A DNA stretch of 53,898 nucleotides, the filler included, from Catajapyx aquilonaris (Eukaryota): NCBI GenBank assembly GCA_000934665.2. It is 2 parts of 2 records of this genome, joined end to end, with 100 filler letters (N's around TTAATTAATTAA, not from the genome) between each part and the next. Parts side by side here need not be neighbours in the genome. Positions count along the whole stretch, not along the records: positions 27,015 to 53,898 come from JYFJ02005154.1; 1 more part is not named here. One strand, given 5' to 3'. The notes under the pieces were generated by a model, which did no database searches, had not been told where the DNA came from, and saw only the letters and a program-made list of their open reading frames with translations. Shown here piece by piece: positions 43,966-53,898 of the stretch. A program made the position numbers and the translations under genes. The first letter of the stretch is position 1. Every line of letters starts with the position of its first letter.

Positions 43966-44630
43966 TAGAACAGTCACTATTAACATCCTCAGCATTTGGT
44001 TAAAAAAACACCACAATTTAATTAGATGGCGCCATCCCTCATTCTGGATTATTTTCCACTACTTAAGACAACTTAAAAGAGCAATTTATTATTTAAATCG
44101 TAATCAATGCAAAGTATCGATATACCGATTCCAGAATCGACCTGGGCGATAACATCGTATCGATATCGCGCAATTGAAAGGACTATAAATTTTAGCCTTT
44201 TTAAATTAAAAAAAGAGTCAAACATTCGCTTCATTTGGTTAAATTCAAGACATTTAATTAGCTTAGTAATAATAAGTGAAATAATAATTAGAACAATTAA
44301 TGTGTTGGCACCACCGCACCGATTGGCACTACTGGCGACTGTCACTTGTTTGGAATTCCAAGATGGCCGCCATGCTTCTGTTCTAAAGAGGAAATTTCCA
44401 AACTTATTAGTGTTAATTAGACGTGTAATTACACTGGGAGGAGTGCAGGTAACTTGAGTTGGGCTGCGGGACATGCTCTGTACTCTCACAGAGAGTGACT
44501 GGGGCTCAGTTGAGAAATTGTAGCAGTAGGCCTCTGTTTAACTTAACATGTCATGAGGAACGTTCCTTCCAATGCAGCTTATCCACTATTTGGGATTAGC
44601 CTTTGACCTGACTGGGTGACCTGCAGGGCC

Positions 44631-45681
44631 ATGTCGTCGTTGGAAGTGAAGAAGGAACCGGAGGAAGAGGAAGATGGGGGCATAACGGTGGAGGAGACCT
44701 GGCAGCTTCCGTTGAAGGAGGAGACCCCATCATGCTTCGATGGGGACTCCACTCTTATAGAGGACACTCTCCGTGAGATCAAGAAGGAGGGAGCCGAAGA
44801 GGAGGAACAAATGGTGGTGGACACATCCAGTGCCGTTAAAATAGAAGACGACCCATTGGGAGGTGTTTCCGGAAAGGTCAGTGTAGCATGTAATCTTCTG
44901 AAATTGCGATATAATTTACGTGTTCACATTTCAGATTGAGCAAGACACCGCTGAAGACGATGTAGAAAAGGATGGCAACCAGAAAATAAGCGACACGGGA
45001 ATCTCCTCTAGAAGAAATCCACTTGAGTGCAGAATATGTCGGAAATTATGTGGTTCTCTGCATAAATTGGAAATTCATATGCTAATTCACAGTGAAAAAT
45101 ATTGCTGCCTTATTTGTCAGAAACATTTTCCAAAGTCAAGTCATTTGAAATTTCACATGCAAAGTCATTTGAGAGTGAAAGAAATTAATTGCGAGGTGTG
45201 CCAGAAGAAATTGTGTAATGCAAAATATTTGAAAAGGCATATGTTATTTCATGCGGGAGAGACGCCGTTTAATTGCGAACTGTGCCAGAAAAAATTTGTA
45301 AGTTCAAGTGGTTTGATAAAGCACATGCGAATTCATACGGGAGTTAAACCATTTCAGTGTGACGTGTGCCAGAAAAGATTCTGTGATTCAAGCAGTTTGA
45401 CACAGCATATGTTTATTCATACGGGAGAGAAACGATATCATTGCGAGGTGTGCCAGAAAAAATTTCACCGTTCCCGTGATCATCAGATTCACCTGCTTAT
45501 TCATGCCAACGTAAAACCATTCATTTGTGAGATATGTAAGAAAGGTTTTCGTTATCCACGTAATTTGAAACAACACATGTTTATTCATACGGGAGAGAGT
45601 CCATTTCAATGTGAAATGTGCAAGAAATTTTATTGTAGCGCGTATAGTTTGAAAGTTCACATGCGAATTCATACAGCATGA
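44631..45681 (+). CDS. C2H2 ZNF cluster gene H (acidic exon + 8 fingers)
   Basis: Exons 44631-44876 (AAG|GTCAGT) and 44935-45681; an out-of-frame relic finger follows the stop (about 45682-45760). Confidence 0.85.
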
Positions 45682-46021
45682 TTTCAGTGTGAGGTGCGCC
45701 AGAAGAAAAAAAAAATGTGTAATGCAAGTAGTTTGGAAACTCACTTGCACATGCCACTTACAAGTTATAATAAATGTAATTAGGTTTTTTTTCATTACGA
45801 AATTTTTTTTACCTTCATTTTCACGTGGATCGTATGATCTCGACATGACTGTACACACAAAATGGCCGACCAAATTTTTCTGCGCAATTTTTTTTTCTGA
45901 ATTTTATTAACCAAAATCCAGCCTGGATTGAAAAGGGTGAGTTCCACTTTCCTAGAGATATTGTCCAGACTCATCTCATAAAACTAATATCCTCCCACAG
46001 GGTGTCCCATCATAAGTGAAG

Positions 46022-48530
46022 ATGACCATTGAACAAGAAGACGTGTGCTGCGTTCCCACTTGTCCCAACCACAATCATTCGGGACAGTCCCATTCATTTT
46101 ACTTCCCATTTCCTGCCAGCTCCCATTTGCTGCACCAATGGATGAGGATCATTTTAGATCCCCACAACTCAAAGGTCTGCTCGGACCACTTTGCATCGAA
46201 GGACATTGTTGAAGGACAAGAGTCTTCGTTGGATGATGGAAAAGGACAAAGGGTGAAGCTGAAGGAAGGTGCGGTTCCTCACTTCGTACTGAGGAAAGGT
46301 ACTTGTTGTTGGTACTTGTAAGACGACGGAACGGGCATGTTTCAACAGATACGACTAAGCCATAGTGTGGTTACTTTTAGCGATGCAGACTGAAAGTACA
46401 GCAACTCTGAGCAGTCCTACGCCAACGGAGGAAACGCCAGCAACTCCGAGCATTATTCCTACACTAGCGGAGGAAACGCCAGCAACTCCGAGCATTGCTA
46501 CGCCTGCGGAGGGTACTAAAAATTCCAGGAAGTCTCCGAAGCGATGGTCAGCGGCTAGAAAGCCAGTCGCAGTCGGCAAAGGGACAGAAATCGCTGAAAC
46601 CGCAGCAGTAACGTAATGATCTGTACTAACAATAGTGTGCACAGTTGAATAATGTTTGAATATGTGTTACAGTGCAAGTGACGATCTGGCGGAAGACGAT
46701 CGAGCTGCTGATGATGAGCCAGGCAGTGATGACGAAGAACAAGATGTGTGCACGGCGAGTCAAGTGGCGGTGGATGGATTGCCTTGGGTGTGCAGGAAAT
46801 GTCAGCAGGGTTTCTCCGTAAGTGAAGACCTCACGAGACACTTGTCCACGACCCACAATGTCATTGTGTTTCCATGCGAGGATTGCAGGAAGCAGTTTCA
46901 GACGGAACGGAATTTGAAGGTTCACAAGAAGTTCTGCGTCAAGCTTGGAAAAATTGCGGCTCCAAATGGCAAAAGAAACGAGCAGTCAATGAAGGTTGAT
47001 TCAAATCATGCCAATATTTCAAGGAAGTTTGCAAGTGCGAGAATTAAGATTGAACAGATTGGCCAAAGTGCTCAATGTGAAGCACACCAAGCTGAACCTA
47101 ATAACAAATTCAGCTGCGGTAAGAACAATGCAATGAAGAGCAATCAGAATTCCGATGTGAAGAAGAAACAACAAGTGTTCCAGTGTGAAAAGTGCGGCAA
47201 ACACATGAATACCAGGTGGCAGTACGCGTACCACGTACGGCGAGCATGCCCAATGATCAAATCTGTGGCCGAAAGACCTTGTAAGCACAAATGCGAGACG
47301 TGCGGAGAGGGTTTTAGAAGCAAAAAGAAGCTGGCGGATCATTCCTGGGTGCACTACAAGATGTTCAAGTGCCAGACGTGTGGGAAACGATACTTCCTTA
47401 AGCCCAATTTCATGCGGCATCTTCAGACTCACCTGGTTCAGAAGGCGCATGTTGTGAAGGACACTGTAATGTGCGAGACTTGCGGGAAGACTTTTTGGAG
47501 TGGTAAGTTGCTGGAGAAGCATAAAGCGGTGCACAGCGAGAAGCCGTACAAATGCGAGACATGTGGGAAGACATACCGAACTGATAAGTCATTGAAGAAA
47601 CACTGTACAACACATATGGAGCAGTACATGTGCGAAACCTGCGGCAAGATGTTCAGGAATCATTCTGCGCTGCGGAGTCACCACATTTGCCACAACACTG
47701 AACGGCCGCATGTGTGCGAAATATGCGGGATGTCCTTTCTTTTAAGATCTGCTTTGGTGATCCATCGCAGGAGGCATGAAGGTGACAAGCGTTACCCATG
47801 TTCCATGTGCGACAAGGCATTTTACACCAGGTCATCAGCAAAGCTCCACCTCATGCTGCACACTGGGGAGAAACCATGGAAATGCGAGACATGCGGGAAG
47901 CAGTTCAGACTCCGACAAGTTCTGAACAAGCACGTGAAAATACATGCGCCAAAGCCGCACCAATGTGGCACATGCGAGAAGAGGTTTGCCACGAAAGAAA
48001 TGCTGGACATGCATCAGATAGATCACGAGCAGACTCCAGCACTGTTTACATGCAAATGCGGGAGAGGTTTCACCAAGAAGATAAGCTTTAATCGCCATCA
48101 GTCCTATCACTCAAGAGCTGCTCGCACATCGGTGAAATCCGAGAGGACCGCATCTGTTCAGCGGAAAAAGAAAATGTACAAGTGTGCCAGATGCGGTAAG
48201 GTACTTACCACTCAGAACGGTCTCACCTTGCATGAGCGGACACACACAGGCGAAAAGCCTTTTGTGTGCACCACTTGCGGTAAGGCCTTCAACAACTCAA
48301 CGGTACTGACGTACCATTTAAGGACGCATACAGGAGAGAAGCCGTACAAATGCATCATTTGTGAGAAGGGATTCCGCAGCAGCCAACTTCTGACGCATCA
48401 TCTCATCGTGCACAAAAAGAAGCGCCAGACAAAAGCTGATGAACTGATACGTCCGCAGATGATCAAGCCGGACAGTCCGATGAAAGAAAGAAAGACTCGA
48501 AAGTGGAGTGACAATATTCATGCAAAGTAA
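46022..48530 (+). CDS. THAP-domain + about 16 C2H2/C2HC zinc-finger protein
   Basis: Exon 46022-46298 encodes CCVPTC...FPFP...QW...VCSDHF...LKEGAVP (THAP signature). Exon 46381-46612 is Thr/Pro-rich with a duplicated EETPATPSI. Exon 46673-48530 carries an acidic stretch and the fingers. Upstream exon with CAAAATGGCCG (45858) and donor at 45937; acceptor at 46000. The exon 2/3 junction is the least certain. Confidence 0.85.
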
Positions 48531-48863
48531 ATCAGATCATAATACGTCTGATGGATCTGTCGTGTCCGTAATTATCACTTTTTCAGTTCAGTTAAAACAG
48601 TTTTATTAATATTTATGATTAATTTTCAGTGATTCATCCAATGCATTTTTATTCACCATTAAATCCTGTACAACCAGTAACTTTTTTAAAAATTTATTCC
48701 ACTTTTGCACATTCCATCGGTTAAATATATCTGACTAATATTATTTAAATGCGAAATTGTCAAATAAAATCATGTCGTAAAATATATTTTTTTGTACTCA
48801 TTCACATTCGTTCTGATATTCGATCTGATATGGCTTCTCACCGGCGGGGTAACATATCGTCCA

Positions 48864-49235
48864 GAGTCGAAATGGTTTCTCCCCGATCCTGTCAGCCTCG
48901 AAATGGTTTCTCCCTGGTCATGTCAGCCTCGAAATGGCTTCTCCCCGATCCTGTCAGACTCGCAATGGTTTCTCCCCGGTCCTGTCAGACTCGAAATGGT
49001 TTCTCCCCGGGACTGTCAGACTCGAAAAGGTTTCTCCCCGGTGATGTCCGACTCGAAATGGCTTCTCCCCGATCCTGTCAGACTCGAAATGGTTTCTCCC
49101 CGGTCCTGTCAGACTCGAAATGGTTTTTCCCCGGTCCTGTCAGACTCGAAATGGTTTTTCCCCGGTCCTGTCAGACTCGAAATGGTCTCTCCCCGGTCCT
49201 GTCAGACTCGAAAAGGTTTCTCCCCGGTTATGTTA
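48864..49235. repeat. 31-bp minisatellite, 12 copies, core antisense to the ZNF linker codons
   Basis: Unit GACTCGAAATGGTTTCTCCCCGGTCCTGTCA starting at 48864 with period 31; the reverse complement contains ACC GGG GAG AAA CCA TTT (T-G-E-K-P-F). Confidence 0.95.
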
Positions 49236-49660
49236 CAACTCATTTTTACAGTTAACTGTACTGTTGCTACTTACAGGTGTATTGTCATTAAAATAGCCAA
49301 AGGAAATCATGTAAAATTAATTATTATATTAGTATCCTTTTCTTTTGGGACGGTTGGCACCACTGGCCATCGTCACTTGTTCGGAATTCCAAGATGGCGG
49401 CCATGTTTCTGTTCGGAAGCAGATTTTCCAAGTGTAATTAGTGTTAATTAGACGTGTGATTACACTGGGAGGAGTGCAGGTAACTAGAGTTGGGCTGCAG
49501 GACATGCTCTGTACTCTCACGGAGAGTGAGTTGGGATCAGTTGAGAAATTGTAGAAGTAGGCCTTTGATTAACTTAACATCTCATGAGGAACGTTCCTTC
49601 CAATGCAGCTTATCCACTATTTGGGAATAGCCTTGACCTGATTAGGTGACCTGCAGGACC

Positions 49661-50812
49661 ATGTCGTCGTTGGAAGTGAAGAAGGAACCGGAGGAAGAAG
49701 AAGATGGGAGCATAACGGTGGAGGAGACCTGGCAGCTTCCGTTGAAGGAGGAGACCCCTTCGTGCTTCGATGGGGACTCCACTCTTATAGACGACACTCT
49801 ACGTGAGATCAAGAAGGAGGCAGCCGAAGAGGAGGAGGAGGAAGAGATGGTGGTGGACATCTCCAGTGTGGTCGCAGATGTGGAGGACCCACTGGGGGTC
49901 GTTTCCGTAAAGACTAGTGGGGTCCGTAATCTGCTGAAATTGCGATATAAATTTTCACTAAACTGACACACGTTTCAGATCGTGCGAGAGACTGCTGTAG
50001 ATGGAGTAGAAAAGGATGGGATCCAGACGGGACGAGATACAAGAATCGTCTCTCGAAGAAATCCACTTGAGTGCAAAATATGCCAGAAGTTATGTGGTTC
50101 TCTGCATAAATTGGAAATGCACATGTCGATTCACAGGGAAATATATTGCTGCCATATTTGTAAGAAAAAATTTCCAATGTCGAGTCATCTGGCATTGCAC
50201 ATGCATAGTCATACAGGAGTTAAACCATTTCAATGTGAAATGTGCCAGAAAAAATATCTTTACCCCAGCTTTTTAAAAAAGCACATGCTGAGTCATACAA
50301 GAAAGAAACCATCCGTTTGCGAGGTGTGCCAGAAAATGTATTGCGGTGCGAAAGGTTTGAAAATACACATGCGAATTCACACGGGAGAGAGACCATTTAG
50401 TTGTGAGATGTGCCCGAAAAAATTTCGCTCTTCAGGTAATTTGATAACTCACATGCGAAGTCATATGGGAGAGACACCATTTAATTGTGACGTGTGCCAG
50501 AAAAAATTTCGTGATTCATATGGTTTGAAAGTTCACATGCGAAGTCATACAGGAGAGAAACCGTGTCATTGTGACGTATGCAAGAAAACATTTCGTTACG
50601 CACAGGGTTTGAAAGTTCACATGCGAATTCATACAGGTGAGAAACCACATCAGTGTGCAGTTTGCCCAGAAAAATTTACTCAATTAAATAGTTTGAATTG
50701 GCACATGCGATATCATAAAGGAGAGGGACCATTTCATTGTAAAATGTGTCCAGAAAAATTTCTCAGTCCAGGTAGTTTGAAAATTCACATCCAAAGTCAT
50801 ACTGGACAGTGA
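49661..50812 (+). CDS. C2H2 ZNF cluster gene J (acidic exon + 9 fingers)
   Basis: Exon 49661-49921 (alternative phase-0 donor at 49907) and 49979-50812. Confidence 0.85.
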
Positions 50813-51109
50813 CCATTTATTTTGGAGGCGTGGCGTAAATTATTTTAGCAATTCACACCACTCCTGTATTGCTATGCACTATGTGCATGGATAAGTTGCA
50901 ATATTTGCATTTTTAGTAACACATTGTGAAAAGGGCGGAGTCTATTTTTTAATACTCATGCTGTGAGAGGAATTAATTTGTTATTCTGGCCGTGTAACCA
51001 TGTTTGTACTGTACGACTATAAACTGTCTCTATGATGTCCAATCTATATTTTCTACTTAGAAGTTTGGTGTAGTCTAATAAAATCTGCATGACAATTTTT
51101 TAAACAGAT

Positions 51110-51904
51110 GCATTATTATATCATTCTGCAAAAATCGGCTCTAGAATATATCCACTCGAGTGCAAAATATGCCATAAATTATGTGGTTCTCTGCATAAAT
51201 TGGAAATGCACACGTTAATTCACAGGGAAAAATATTGCTGCCATAGTTGTCAGGAAAATTTTTCAATATCAGGTCGTTTGAAATATCACGTGGGAAGTCA
51301 TGTGCCAGAGAGATCATTATTAAGTTGTGAAATGTGCCAGAAAAAATTTCTTTATACCACCTTGTTGAAAAAGCACATGCCAAGTCATACTAGAGAGAAA
51401 CGATTCGTTTGCGATGTGTGCCAGAAAATATTTTGTTATGTAAACGGTTTGAAAAGAGACATGCGAATTCATACAGGAGAGAGACCATATAGTTGTGAGA
51501 CGTGCCAGAAACAATTTCGTGAATCAAATGTCTTGAGACGGCACATGCTTATTCATATGGGAGAGAAACCATTTGAATGTGAGAGGTGCCCGAAAAAATT
51601 TCGCAAGTCAGATCATTTGACAATTCACATGCGAAGTCATACAGGAGAGAAGCCATTCATTTGGGAGGTGGGCCAGAAACAATTTCGTTATTCAAGGGAT
51701 TTGAAATCACACATGCGATTCCATACGGAAGAGAATTCATTTCAGTGTGAAGTGTGTAAGAATGTATTGTGCAATGCAAGTACTTTGAAAGTTCACATGC
51801 GGATTCATACGGGAGAAAAGCCATTTCATTGTGATGTGTGCCAGAAAATATTTTGTGATGCAAGTAATTTTAGACGCCACAAACGAATTCATTCGAGAGA
51901 GTAA
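51110..51904 (+). pseudogene. Orphan ZNF exon K (no promoter or acidic exon; two broken fingers)
   Basis: Open frame 51110-51904 closely related to gene J's fingers ([18 protein letters not shown]); zinc ligands are lost in LKRDMRIH and FIWEVGQKQF; the family acceptor is missing. Confidence 0.6.
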
Positions 51905-52496
51905 CCCCCCTTAATTTTTTCGTTGTCCCATTAAGATACTGCATAATTCACCGTCAGCCGTGAAATTTGCAAAGTAAAAAACTTGCTCACCTTTTGCCAT
52001 CTCTGTCATATTTTAAAAAAATCCCTGTCACTATGATTATATGATTGAAAAAACTTCAAGGTATAACAATGGATAAGTGTTACAAAACAAACAAACAAAA
52101 AAAAAAAAAACACCTGTTGCGAATGTAAATTGATAAAAATATTGTTTGAAATTTAATTTTTGTCATATTGGTACTACTCCAGCCTGTTACGGTATGCCCT
52201 AGTTGCCCATTGAATATATTGTTATTGACTCGACTGATAATAAACTGTTATTTGCAGTAAACAATGCTGCATTGTTGACAACATTCTTTCCTGTCATGTG
52301 TTTGAAAAATCCCGGGTTTAACACTGTCGCCAACGGACATTTAATAATCGAATATTTCTACAGCTAAATACTTAACCTCCATACATGGTTAAATACGAGA
52401 CAGTTAACTAATTTATTTGGAATTAATAAGCTGATCTTAATGCTAACTCCGGTAGTTGCAATATAAATTTGACCTAAACTGTGATTCACCTTTCAG

Positions 52497-53678
52497 ATCC
52501 TGCAAGAGACCGCTGAAGATGGAATAGAAAAGGCACAGTACACAGGAATCTGCACTACACAAAATCCACTTGAGTGCAAAATATGCCAGAAATTATGTGG
52601 TTCTCTGCATAAATTGGAAATTCACATGTTAACTCACAGGGAAAAATATTGCTGCCATATTTGCCAGAAAAAATGTCTTTATCCCAGCCTCTTGAAAACG
52701 CACATGCGGAGTCATACGAGAGAGAAACCGTTCGTTTGCGAGGTGTGCCAGAAAATATTTCGTGATGTAAGTAGTTTGAAAATGCACATGCGAATTCATA
52801 CGGGAGAGAGACCATTTAGTTGTGAGATATGCCAGAAAAAATTTCGTGGTTCAAATGTCTTGAAACGGCACATGCTGATTCATACCGGAGAGAGACTTTT
52901 TCATTGTCATGTGTGCCAGAAAAAATTTGGCAGTTCTAATGTTTTGAAAACTCATATGCAACTTCATACTAGTAAGAAAGCATATGTTTGTCAGGTGTGC
53001 CAGAAAATTTTTTGTCGTGCACGTGCATTGAAAGAGCACTCACGAAGTCATACGGAAGACAGCCCATTTCAATGTGAAGTGTGCAAGAAAAAATTGTGTG
53101 GGGCAGGTAGTTTGAAAACTCACATGCGAATTCATACGGGAGAGAAACCATTTCATTGTAAAATGTGTCCGGAAAAATTTTACTGTTCCAGTAATTTGCT
53201 ATCTCATATCCGAATTCATAAGGAGAAATATTGCTGCCATATTTGCCAGAAAGAATTTCCAGAGCCAAGTGATTTGAAAATTCACATGCAAAGTCATAAG
53301 GGCGACGGAGCATTCATTTGTGAGGTTTGCAAGGAGAAATTCTTAAGTGCAATCAGTTGTAAAAAGCACATGCGAATTCATACAGGAGAAAAACAATTCA
53401 TTTGTGAGGTGTGCCAGAAGGAGTTCATGAATGAGAAAAATTTGAAAAGGCACATGTTAATTCATATAGGAGGGAGACGTTATCATTGCGAGGTATGCCA
53501 GAACCAATTTCTTCATCCAAGTACTTTGAAAAAGCACATGCTAATTCATGCAGGAGACAGTCAGTTTCAATGCGAAGTGTGCAAGAAATTTTTGTATTGG
53601 CACCATTGGCGACTGTCACTTGTTCTGATTCCAAGATGGCGTCTGTTTTCTGTTCCAAATAGGAAATTCCCATATTAA
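52497..53678 (+). CDS. Orphan ZNF exon L (12 fingers + truncated 13th)
   Basis: Intact family acceptor CTTTCAG|ATC at 52496/52497 in phase 0, open to 53678; no acidic exon or promoter core directly upstream; the last finger runs into the next promoter cassette at 53597. Confidence 0.7.
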   Translation: MLQETAEDGIEKAQYTGICTTQNPLECKICQKLCGSLHKLEIHMLTHREKYCCHICQKKCLYPSLLKTHMRSHTREKPFVCEVCQKIFRDVSSLKMHMRIHTGERPFSCEICQKKFRGSNVLKRHMLIHTGERLFHCHVCQKKFGSSNVLKTHMQLHTSKKAYVCQVCQKIFCRARALKEHSRSHTEDSPFQCEVCKKKLCGAGSLKTHMRIHTGEKPFHCKMCPEKFYCSSNLLSHIRIHKEKYCCHICQKEFPEPSDLKIHMQSHKGDGAFICEVCKEKFLSAISCKKHMRIHTGEKQFICEVCQKEFMNEKNLKRHMLIHIGGRRYHCEVCQNQFLHPSTLKKHMLIHAGDSQFQCEVCKKFLYWHHWRLSLVLIPRWRLFSVPNRKFPY

Positions 53679-53898
53679 TTAGTGCTAATTAGACGTGTGA
53701 TTACACTGGGAGGAGTGCAGGTAACTAGAGTTGGTCTGCAGGACATGCTCTGTACACTCACAGAGAGTGAGTGGGGCTAAGTTGATGAAATGTAGAAATA
53801 GGCCTCTGTTTAACTTGACATGTCATGAGGAACGTTCCTTCCAATGCAGCTTATCCACTATTTGGGATTAGCCTTGACCTGATGAGGTGACCTGCAGG
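53597..53898 (+). promoter_or_regulatory. Promoter/5'UTR exon and intron of the next ZNF unit (runs off the window)
   Basis: Ninth copy of the cassette plus the conserved intron, ending GGTGACCTGCAGG just before the expected ATG. Confidence 0.85.

Noticed and set aside
48864..49235. CRISPR array
   Set aside because: Units are head-to-tail with no unique spacers, the context is eukaryotic and there are no cas genes.
48749..49451. Long + strand ORFs (168 and 219 aa) over the minisatellite
   Set aside because: They are by-products of a stop-poor 31-bp repeat cycling through all three frames; no protein-like features.
30149..53673. Numerous minus-strand ORFs over the ZNF cluster (Ser-rich and MNSHV-type)
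   Set aside because: Antisense shadows of the acidic and finger exons.

Overview
Eukaryotic (animal, most likely arthropod) genomic DNA in two parts joined by a 100-nt gap with an artificial TTAATTAATTAA linker (26915-27014). The left part carries a 5-exon mitochondrial adenylate kinase gene (AK2; first intron GC-AG), a 2-coding-exon ZNF706 homologue, and many MITEs, tRNA-derived SINEs and transposon relics. The right part (30.0-53.9 kb) is a same-strand tandem cluster of C2H2 zinc-finger genes built from a repeated cassette. Each cassette has a conserved promoter/5'UTR exon (9 copies), a conserved intron, an acidic N-terminal exon with repeated psi-K-x-E SUMO consensus sites ending near D-D-P-L, a phase-0 intron and a variable zinc-finger exon. 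Several units are rearranged, truncated or orphaned, and an unrelated THAP + C2H2 gene sits inside the cluster. The most unusual signal is a 12 x 31-bp minisatellite (48864-49235). Its core is antisense to the DNA encoding the TGEKPF zinc-finger linker, and its variants resemble the synonymous and K/R linker variants. All calls were made by eye, without database searches.
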